Source of the DNA: Octopus vulgaris
Lineage: Eukaryota
Direction: 5' to 3'
Length of the DNA: 64,000 nucleotides
NCBI GenBank assembly: GCA_951406725.2
Contig: OX597817.1
Location: 8,432,001 to 8,496,000, forward strand
Of the stretch, positions 53,127-64,000 are shown one piece after another. The translations under genes were made by a program, and so were the position numbers. The notes below the pieces were generated by a model, which did no database searches, was not told the origin of the DNA, and saw nothing but the letters and a program-made list of their open reading frames with translations. How positions within the stretch are numbered: position 1 is the stretch's first letter; every line of letters begins with the position of its first letter.

Positions 53127-53721
53127 ACACATACACACACACATATATATACGTATACATACATGCATGCATACGTGTGTGTATGAGCGTATATCAGATT
53201 ATGAAGAACATATTGCAAGTAAGAGGTGTCAATTGTCTCAAGCAACCATCCAAAACATTGACAGAAATGAAAATAAGAAAAGAAGGGAGGAAAAAAAAAG
53301 CATAATTCTCGGGTTTCTCTCTCGGTTCTTTTGATTTGTTTGCGCTGGCCACTTTCGTTTTCACATCTGTGATAACGTAATTGCAACGACAGTTGTTTCC
53401 TCACGTCAACATGTCAAAACTTTATATATATATATTTACTTATTTATTCTATTTCACATATTTGATATGACAGTTGATGTAAACCACATGTCACCTGATC
53501 TCATTCATAAACGTGCTTCATGAAAAATGATGTGGTGCCTCTCAGAACTTTTTGCAAAAACACACTACATAATTCCCACTACTGTAACTGAGTAGTTATA
53601 TATTCATTCCTTTTTTCTTCGTTTCTTTGTTTTTATTATTAACAAAGCAATACTCTCAACTATTAGTGCTACTAATGCTATGACTAGCGGTGTCTTTTAT
53701 TAACTCAAAAATTAACAATTC

Positions 53722-54324
53722 TTATTTCTTTAATGCCCACAAGTGGCTAAACATAGAAGGGACAAAAAAGGACAGACAAACGGATTAAGTCGATTACATC
53801 GACCCCAGTGCGTAACTGGTACTTAATTTATCGACCCCGAAAGGATGAAAGTCAAAGTCGACCTCGGCGGAATTTGAACTCAGAACGTAGCAGCAGATGA
53901 AATACCTATTTCTTTACTACCCACAAGAGGCTAAACACAGAGAGGACAAACAAGGACAGACAAAGGGATTAAGTCGATTATATCGACGCCAGTGCGTAAC
54001 TGGTACTTATTTAATCGACCCCGAAAGGATGAAAGGCAAAGTCGACCTCGGCGGAATTTGAACTCAGAACATAGCGGCAGATGAAATACGTATTTCTTTA
54101 CTACCCACAAGGGGCTAAACACAGAGGGTACAAATAAGGACAGACAAATGGATTAAGTCGATTATATCGACCCCAGTACGTAACTGGTACTTAATTTATC
54201 GACCCCGAAAGGATGAAAGGCAAAGTCGACCTCGGCGGAATTTGAACTCAGAACGTAATGGCAGACGAAATACGGCTACGCGTTTCGCCCGGCGTACTAA
54301 CGATTCTGCCAGCTCGCCGCCTTC
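53722..54324 (-). mobile_element. SINE family B tandem trimer
   Basis: Three ~185-bp units, with a single complete head at the 54324 end. Confidence 0.88.
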
Positions 54325-55980
54325 AAGAAATAATAATTTTATTAAACGATTTCAACTGTAGGCTCACAGCTATTTGCAAAACCATTTCATTTAGCAATGA
54401 TCTCTAAGATAGGCTCAAACTAAAGCAAACGACAATGACGATTGAATTGTTCAATCAACAGAACCACCCGCTCATTGACTTAACATATGGCTGACTATTC
54501 CATAAACACGTGTACCCTTCACGTAGTCCTCGAGCAAAATCAGTATGACATAGCATGTAACGAGGCTGGTTCTTCGAATTATCGGTTACATTCGATGTGA
54601 CGAGTTTCCACACATTAACTGCCTGCCGAATTTGCCTGAGATGAAACGCAATAGGACCGAACTGGATACCTCGTGATTAGCATTTGGGCACTAAGAACTC
54701 TACTAACACTTTAATAGTGAAAGTATTTTGTAAACTGAAAACGAAGCATTTTACAGGGGCAATTAAACAGACACAGTAAACAACTGGTACGTATTTGATC
54801 TAATAGTGCACATGTTAATATACTAACAAACTCAAAGGGGCGAGATGGCAGAATCGTTAGCACACCGGGCAAAGTGTTTAGCGGCATTTCATCTGTCTTT
54901 ACGTTCTGGGTTGAAAATGCTGCTGGAGTTGACTTTGCTTTTCGAAGTCGATAAAATAAGTAGCAATTGAGCACTGGGGTCGATTTAATCGTCTTAGCCC
55001 TGAGACTGCTGACCTTGTGCCAAAATTTGAAACCAATATACTAACAAACTCATTTGCAGCTTTATAAAAGGCTGTAGATAGCAAAATTTGTAGAAGGCCG
55101 AGCAAAATGCTTTGCGGTATTAAATCATGTCCTGTTCATATCTGATCGATATCGAGTGTGCCTTTGTTCTTTTTACCAAATGAAATACATACATGTTAAG
55201 TAAGACAAACCTCCATCATTCAAAACTTTACGAACACGTTGCTGTCTTCACGGTCCTAATTCCGCTCCCTCCACTTTGCTGGGTCAGTTAATTTAACTGC
55301 CATAAATAATTACATCGTGTATAGGCAGAGCCCTACAGTTGCTTATTGTAGACAGGTAATATGAAACTTTGAACTGTAAATGACCCGTCACAGTGTTCCG
55401 TAACATCGGTTACTCTCTTTTTGTAAGAGACTACGTAGGAGCCATTATGCGGTTATTTGTTCTGCTATTTCTAGCAGATCAAGTAACCGCATAATCTTCT
55501 TCAATTTACACTCAGTTAACTTTATAAAAAAGAGAATCTCAGGTACTTCTAATAAGACGTGGTGGTCACAACTGGGATGCTTTTGCTCGATCAGAATTCA
55601 CGTAAGATTTACCACCACTAAAAGCAGCAATATCAAAGAGAAACTCGCAATTCTTCAATGAGATATCGATTAACTTTTATTGCGAATAAAGTCATCAAAT
55701 TCATCGTTGAAGAAACAAGGGTTGGTGATTTGATGGCGTTCAGAAATGTTTCTGATGACTAATGAAGCGAAGGGACATTAGAGAATCGAAGCCAAATCTC
55801 AAAATCAGTGCACCTAGTCGTTAACTCTTGTTTAAGGAGCTAAGTCACTGTAAGCCAAACATATCTAGCTTCATCGTTGCTGTAAGAACTTTTATTGTGA
55901 AAGAACGTAACAGTCTGAATAAAACCGGTGTATTATTAGTTACTATAGTAAAATATATAGCAGATCAAGAATAAATAAAC

Positions 55981-56440
55981 ATACGGACTCCTCCTCAAAG
56001 ACATACAGCATCTCGAAAGAGTCCAGAAGCTGGCTACCCGCATGGTTCATGGTCTCAAAAATTTGTCCTACGAAGAAAGGCTGAGGACGCTCGACCTTTA
56101 TTCTCTTGAAAAACGCCGCCGCCGTGGTGATCTCATTCTCGCCCACAACATCATAAGCGGAAAGTGTAACCTCTCGAAAGAGCTGTTCTTCACTCCTGCT
56201 CCAGAGCGTCGGCTGCGGGGTCATTCCGAAAAGCTCTACCTGCGACGATTTCATCTCAATCGAAGGAGAGGAGCTTTCTCCGTCCGGGTTGCGGATCCGT
56301 GGAACAAGCTGCCAGACGAGATGGACCTCAAGTGGCCTGAACTCTTTACATGAACACCACCCTGTACTTAACTCCATGTCCCCCTACATGGCCTTGCTAT
56401 TTGCTTTTGAGCCAAATTAACTAACTAACTAACTAACTAA
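55981..56440 (+). pseudogene. CR1 LINE 3' fragment with (CTAA)n tail
   Basis: LERVQKLATRMVHGLKNLSYEERLRTLDLYSLEKRRRRGDLI...RGHSEKL...FSVRVADPWNKLP; tail (ctaa)n. Confidence 0.92.
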
Positions 56441-58749
56441 CATGTATTTAATCTCACTGTGAAATTATGGACCATGAGAGTAATTTCTTTCCCTGCAGTT
56501 TGGGACAAGGATCGACGTCCCAGCTTCACTGTTATGTAAAAAGTCACAAGGATTCGCTTAACATTCCTTAGCGAGATTAAGCACATATGGGTATAATTGA
56601 ATATTTATTCAGTATGCTGCTATTACTTGTTTGATTAATTAACCTTATAAAGAGGGCCCCAGTGACATATGATCTCGGAATATACGAAGAAGAGATGAAA
56701 CATTGTAAACAAGCTGTCAGAGGCTGGAGGATTCAATAAAAGAATTACGGCAGATAATTTGATTTTAGATATATATTTCGGAATGAACTTCCACAGATGT
56801 CATTGGATTTTACAAAAGCAAAAAGAAAATTCAGAAAATAATTTCTGCCCAGTTCCCCTCGATTTAAATACGAATTAGTCGAGTACTTTTCAGCATGGAA
56901 AGACAACCTTTACAAGTGGAACGAAAAATAAATGAAAAACAAATCAAGTTTAAATATCATCTGCTGACAATCTGCTAGTGTGTTAGTATATCCATATGTG
57001 TGTCTAGGAACTGATGTAATTAGACACGCGTATTAGTTAACCTAACCTGTTGAGAATTTCCGGGGTTATCTCACAGACGAGATTCGCTAAGATTCTGCTC
57101 ACACAACAGAATACCATGTAACCAAAGCTGTAGTGAGTTTCCAACAAAATCACTTGGTAACATTAGGGGACACTTCAACATTGTAAGCAGTGAAAATGGA
57201 CATTGTGTTACAAAAAATATCTTTTAAGAGAAAGATTTACATACGTTCAATATTGATTTGAGTGTGAAGACGCGTGGCTTAGTGGTTAGGGTATTGCATT
57301 TACGATTACAAGATCAGTGTTTCGATTCCTGAACGAGGTGTTTCGTCGTGTTATTGAGTAAAACATTTCATTTCACGTTGCTCAAATCTACTCAGCTGTA
57401 AATGACTAACCCTGCAACGGAATGGGACCCCCATTCAAGGGGGATACTGTGACCTCGCTTACTTATGGAAATCAATCATGAGGTTAGAGACAGCAATCTT
57501 CAAGGGACTTATTAACTATTTAGTGAGTAAAGAATTTTACAAACGTACTGAACATCAAGAAAACGTAACCACTAGCATACTATCATTCATTATACTCGGT
57601 AGAGCACACTATAAAATTAGTTAAATTGGGTGTCAACAAAACTGGTTGCATTTTAAAACTTGGCAGCATATTTCATTTGGTGGAAAATTAGATAAGAGTT
57701 ATATTGTGTAATGAAATTTTTCCAAAATAAGGGGAAACCTACCTTGAAATGAAATATGTCTGTTGTTTTCTATTTTATTTCAAACCTGTGTATTTTTTTA
57801 AAGGTTGTTGCATAAATGCGTACATGAAAAAGCGCAGGTGTGGCTGTGTGGTAAGAAGCTTGCTACCCAACCACATAATTCCGGGTTCAGTGCCATTGTA
57901 TGAAACCGTGGGCAAGTGTCTTCTCAGGCCGACCAAAGCCTTGTGGATGTGGTAGACAGAAACTGAAAAAAACTCGTCGTATATATATATATATTTTCCC
58001 TCAAATCTCATCTACTGATTTAAAAAAGAACATTAAATAACGTAGTTCTACATTCAATTTGATATGAACATGCTGGTTACGCTTTAAATCTTAGGCCTGT
58101 CCGATCAGGCTGATTTAGAGCTAAGCAACAACAACAATCAGCGCCACTGGAACTGAGTGCTGAACCAGTACTTGTTTCGTCTATCAAATTTGACCTAACA
58201 TCAAAGGCTCATTATAAAAGCTTAGTCAATGATGAAAGGCCGAACCATTATGATCTTTTTTTAATTTTTACTTACGACTTATAGACATCAGTCTTTCATA
58301 GGAGCTTTTAATTATTGAAAAGGAAAGGATGGAAATTTCGGTAGATGAATAGCTATCATCTGTTTCCGAGGTAAACGGGGAAAATTGGAAACGTTTTAAA
58401 TGCCTGGCAACCGGAGTTCGTAGATCTAAAGTGACACTCAACAACAGGGATACAATTTCTCCTATGACATCATATATGACGGTGACGTGGAGCCACAAGC
58501 TATGTAGGGCTCTCCTATTGGTAAAATCCTCTTAGTCAAGAATCATGCATTTCTGTTAACCTTGCAATTATATAATGAAAATATTAAGAGGTGTTCAGAT
58601 TGAGCTGAAGTGGTGAAGTGGTTCAGCTTTTTTTTCTTTCTTTTGTTTCTCTCGTTAATTTCATCTTTTGTATCTTTGGTGTGTTTTCCTTTATTTTATT
58701 GCTGGAAAATATGTTAATGAATTGTAAGTTTGTCTCGCAAAATAAAATA

Positions 58750-58783
<34 letters not shown>

Positions 58784-59520
58784 ACTAAACATTAAGAAGA
58801 GTCGAAAAGAAATTGACGCTTAGCCCCAGGACAACTCTGACCCAGGTCAGAAGTGCTCCAACCGTGACCAACTCGGTTTTTATTCAACCACGAATTGTAT
58901 TATACAATGTTATCTTTTAAGATGGCGGGTGTGATTTAAGAGAGATTTGGCTGCTATTTCTTGCAGGTCGAGCGATCACGTAGTGACTTCTTCACAAGCT
59001 CGTCGTACTTCTATTATTTGTTTGAGTAGTTTACAATAATTTAGAAATATTCAATAGTAAAAGCTGCAGAACTACTTATATATAACACAATGTCTATGCA
59101 ATATTGTTTCAACAATAACTGTGCCTCAAAATGACCCCAATTGATGTTGAAGGTCGCTGACCTGTTTAAAGGTGAGTCTCACTGTCACATTTATAACTTA
59201 CAACTTCAGCATAACCTCTCCACCTACAAGAAATACCGGATTATTCTCCTTAAAATCTATTGCATTTTACTGTCATATAGAAGTGGAGCACATACGTACA
59301 TAACCTTAAAAATACGAAATAACCTTGGCGAGAACTCGTTTGATCATAGGTCTGTCCAGTTAAGGCTGACCTGGGGCTAAGCAACATCGACAATAGAAAT
59401 TGTACCACACCATTAATGAAAGAGTTGACAAAGAGCTTGGGCTTTGCTTTACGCGGCAAAATTTACAAGGCCGTGTTGACCTCTAATTTCATTGTTGACA
59501 TGACCAGGTCCGAGAAGGGT

Positions 59521-59768
59521 TCTACCTGCGACGATTTCATCTCAATCGAAGGAGAGGAGCTTTCTCCGTCCGGGTTGCGGATCCGTGGAACAAGCTGCCA
59601 GACGAGATGGTGAAGATGCCGACGACCGCTTTGTTCAAAGCCTCCCTGGACCTCAAGTGGCCTGAACTCTTTACATGAACACCACCCTGTACTTAACTCC
59701 ATGTCCCCCTACATGGCCTTGCTATTTGCTTTTGAGCCAAATTAACTAACTAACTAACTAACTAACTA
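59521..59768 (+). pseudogene. CR1 LINE 3' fragment, same subfamily as 55981-56440
   Basis: Identical by eye to 56235-56440 except for 39 extra bp; (ctaa)n tail. Confidence 0.92.
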
Positions 59769-61530
59769 TTATGCTTTCTGCAATAGGATTGGCAAAGTTT
59801 GTTGTGATTCGGATGTTTTAAAGCTAATTTCACTTGTCCAACAATACATCTCTGGTGAGAGTAATTTTTTTTTCAGCAAAAACGTTTTCCGTAATGTGTT
59901 ATGTGTGTGGGTGTTTCGATTCAAATTACTTTTTATTGTTTATATAAATTAAAACTGACAACTTTAATTTTTTTAATGAAATTTATTATAAAATCGAACT
60001 TGAATCTGATGAAAATAAAAAGGAACTTCCCATGTTCCCTTTTCACTGTCAACTTTTTATCAACACACACGCATGTCCCCTTTTCACTATCAGCTTTTAT
60101 ATACACATACGCACACAAAGACATTTCAATGTCTTTGTGAAATGCATGTGTATGTTTTTCTCTGAGATTTAAGTGCTGGACAGAATTCAGATTTTCTGCT
60201 AACAAGGCATTTTGCTTGAATCGAAAACATTCCAGGGATTTGTGAATATCTGAGCAAGTTAATATGTATGCAAATGTAGGTGCATAATATGTTTTTGCTT
60301 GTCCTAGTGTTTAAGGAGTTGCAGCCGGATCGCAAGATCGTAATTTCGATTGCGGGACCGAGGGGTGCGTTGTGTTCTTGAGCAAAACACTTCATTTTAC
60401 ATCGCTCTGCGATGACGACCACCCTGACATCTGACATTGTGGCACGCCATGCACTTGCAGAAACATTGTCGTTTTGATAGAGGGAGTGAACTAATGTTTA
60501 GTACCGACACTTGATTACTATACACAAATCATCTGTGCAGTTTCTTCAGCAAAAAATTGCAGAGCCCTCATCTGTCATCTACAACTAGGGAGTCCGCAAT
60601 ATATGAATGCACTTACGCTTATCTAATGGATATAAATACATGCTTAGTATGAGAGTGTGTGTTAATGCGTATATATATTGTGTATACTATTATCACACAT
60701 TTGATTGTGTTTAAATATTCATTCAAGGAAATTCAAATGGAAAATCATTCGAATGCCTCATAAACCCTCACAGAATAACTAATCGATTTTATATGGAAGA
60801 TGTGAATCCATTTACCTGTTCATTCTTTGAAAGCACCAGATCTCTTGTTACATAGTCCAATGCACTTATGGTAATTGGTAGCATTGAAAATCTATAATCC
60901 GGGCACACGATTTGTAAATTCCACGATAGTTTGCCACATGTTTTTTTAATTTTTTTCTAGAACTTTAGACGAGACCTTCACGTCCTCAGGGCAGCTGATG
61001 TCAACAAAAAACTTTATTTCCTGTACCATAATACAATAACATCAACCCAATTTAATTCAAAACAATGAATTCTGTTTATAAGTAATAATATTCCAAAATT
61101 AACAAATTATAGTAGTAAATCAAGTAATACAAAATAATACATTGTGAATGCTTAGAGTTGGTATTAAATACAATGACTAATGAGAAATGTGGATATATTA
61201 CTTAAATTTTCAAAAAAACCATTAACTCATTATTTGATTGTGTAATCGTAAAAGCAGCGCCGTTTCCGGTGATATAATTTTACACGGAATAAAATAGATT
61301 AGGTCATTCAGTTAATGAATTGTATTTAGTAAAGAGATTTATAACATTTATCCCTAACTATATTTAATTTATCCAACTCGATACAAAAGTACATTGTGTT
61401 GGAGTTTGAACGAAACTGGGTTCTGAAACATTACAAGTTTTAATTGATCGAAAAGTATAAAATTAGTAGCTAAGCAGTTATATTTATGAATATGAAATTT
61501 ATGAATTTCAGTTCATCAGACCATGTTACA

Positions 61531-61653
<123 letters not shown>

Positions 61654-61660
61654 AAACAAA

Positions 61661-61700
<40 letters not shown>

Positions 61701-62829
61701 TATACACACACAAAATTCTTTTTGGAACTGGTTCTCGAAGTTCATATAAAGCTATAAATAATAGCACATAAATATTGCGCTTTTGAAATCCCTTTTAGAT
61801 AGTATATATAAAATCTAAGATTAATATGTTCTTGTACAGTACTAAATGTCATGACCTGAAAAGGTCTGCTTTATTTCTACGACCCCTTAGAGCATTCAGA
61901 TTCGAAATGTATTTCATTTTCAGGAATTCTACCTTTAAATACCTTTGAATAGAATCAGTTAGACTGATATCTTTTCTCAAAATAAGATCGGCAATGTTTG
62001 TATTGAATTAATGCTTTCGCTTGAATGTTTTTCGAACATTCCTTATTTTTAAAGGAGCGGATAGATTCTGATTCTAGAGCGCCCTGTGTACGCCCATCAG
62101 GACAATTCCTCCTGTGAACAGCAGAGAGAAAATAGTTTTGGCAACAGCTGTAAATAGTTTTCGCAGAAATGTCCGGAAAGCAATACCTTCCGGAGATATT
62201 CCGCCATTTGCTAATAATGTAGGTGACAGCTTCGACATTACTATGGTACAATCGATATTTTCTATTACAGCATCGAAGTTTGTAGGATTCCTTACCGCGT
62301 TTATCGATCAGGTATTTAGTAACTTTATCATGTTCCTGAATAGTGAATGTATCTTTCTTGGTGAAACGTGATGTATTTATCATAGGTTCGGGAAAGCTTA
62401 CTGCTCCTTCAAATACTATTGTTATCCAGTGCATTACTTTGTGTTGATGAGTGTTTCTCCTCCAAGAGTTTGTTGCTGTGGGTTTACTTGCAACAACCGG
62501 GCACTCAGAGTGCCTGTTCGGAAGTTCTGATGAGTATGTGAATATGCGATGTAGTCATTTCTTCCTGCGTAGTTCAGCTAGTGTTGTCTGGTGCAGCACA
62601 CAAAAGACTGTTTGGTCTAAACTTATCCTTCCATGTTTCGGTTTAAAATAAATTCTATCAGTTTTATTGTTGATATTGAATTTATCAACGATGGTTATTG
62701 TCGTTCTTCTCTTGATTTCTGAGTTGCAAGATCTCTTCAAGAGCCCAGTCAGTTTCTGGAGCGTTGATAATATCACTGGGACAAGGGAGTTGTGGGATAA
62801 GGTCTAGTGAATGCATGTATCTATGATTA

Positions 62830-63249
62830 CTCTTCTACTCTTTTACTTGTTTCAGTCATTTGATTGTGGCCATGCTGGAGCACCGCCTTTAGTCGAGGAA
62901 ATCGACCCCAAGACTTATTCTTTGTAAGCCTAGTACTTATTCTATCGGTCTCTTTCGCCGAACCGCTTGGTTACGGGGACGTAAACACACCAGCATCAGT
63001 TGTCAAGCGATGTTGGGGGACAAACGCAGACACACAAACATAGACATACTCATAGACACACACACATATAAATATATACATATATATGACGGGCTTCGTT
63101 CAGTTTCCATCTACCAAATCCACTCACAAGGCTTTGGTCGGCCCGAGGCTATAGTAGAAGACACTTGCCCAAGGTTCCACGCAATGGGACTGAACCCGGA
63201 ACCACGTGGCTGGTAAACAAGCTACTTACCACACAGCCACTCCTACGCC
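62830..63249 (-). mobile_element. SINE family A, near full length
   Basis: Reverse complement of 16500-16892. Confidence 0.88.
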
Positions 63250-63779
63250 ATATTCTCTGATTGCCATATTTTCTGAAGTTTTTGGGATTTTTTTTTAGCA
63301 CTCTAGTTTACTTACATGACCAACGTATGCAACGTTTTCATCAATTCTGATATGCTTGTAGCATTTATCATTGAAAACAAGAAGATAGGCTAATGATATC
63401 TGGTTAACAATGTATCGCCGATTGACTTTCAAATATGACAAAAAAACCCCATCACTTTGCCCCAAGAAAATGTTATGTCCAGCATTAATTGTCTTTACTA
63501 ACAGCAGAAAGAAATAACTATGGAGTATGATCAAGAGATTAAAACCATCATAGTCTATGTGGATTCGAAATGGGTTCTCAATATTTCTATAATCATCCCC
63601 TCAACACACACACACAATAAGTTAGAAAGAACATAAAACAGTACAGTATGCATCATAACAAGTTATACACACACACATACCACCTACACGATGAACAAAA
63701 ATACTTAAATTGAAAGCCATCTGGACATATGAAAGATAGTTTGTTACCGCAAAAAGCTTCAGACACATACACTTACACA

Positions 63780-63876
<97 letters not shown>

Positions 63877-64000
63877 ACATGTACAGCAATACAGAGCACA
63901 ACTATAACATTGTAGAAACATTATTTCTGCGATTCAGCCCTGATAAACATAAACACACACATACACACACACGCACACACACACACACACACACAGACAC

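Noticed and set aside
55745-55795. CTGATGA-ctaatg...cattag hammerhead-like motif
   Set aside because: Stem II is good, but it is followed by AGAAT rather than GAAA and stems I and III do not pair.

Overview
AT-rich, repeat-saturated eukaryotic DNA with no supportable host protein-coding gene. It is most likely intronic or intergenic sequence of a mollusc; the microsatellite density and SINE families strongly suggest an octopus, but this is inference. Nearly all long ORFs in the track are microsatellite artefacts. Real content: three copies of one non-autonomous Helitron family (one retaining a PIF1-helicase remnant), Tc1/mariner and pogo-like MITEs, an 8-bp-TSD MITE carrying (TTAGGG)3, decayed CR1-group and RTE LINE fragments, a Penelope-like (PLE) RT/GIY-YIG remnant, and at least four modular tRNA-derived SINE families. 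The most interesting layer is RNA-structural: at least six minimal type I hammerhead ribozyme motifs with palindromic stem III. These include a tandem pair delimiting a 364-nt, non-coding, rod-folding unit (retrozyme/viroid-like circRNA candidate, 39439-39902) and a ~345-bp fold-back with a hammerhead in each arm (9034-9378). Other oddities are a SINE flanked by a 145-bp (nucleosome-sized) direct repeat, a Helitron nested precisely in a mariner MITE, and a LINE whose 3' end matches the tail of the commonest SINE. All structures were folded by eye; none has been computationally or experimentally verified.
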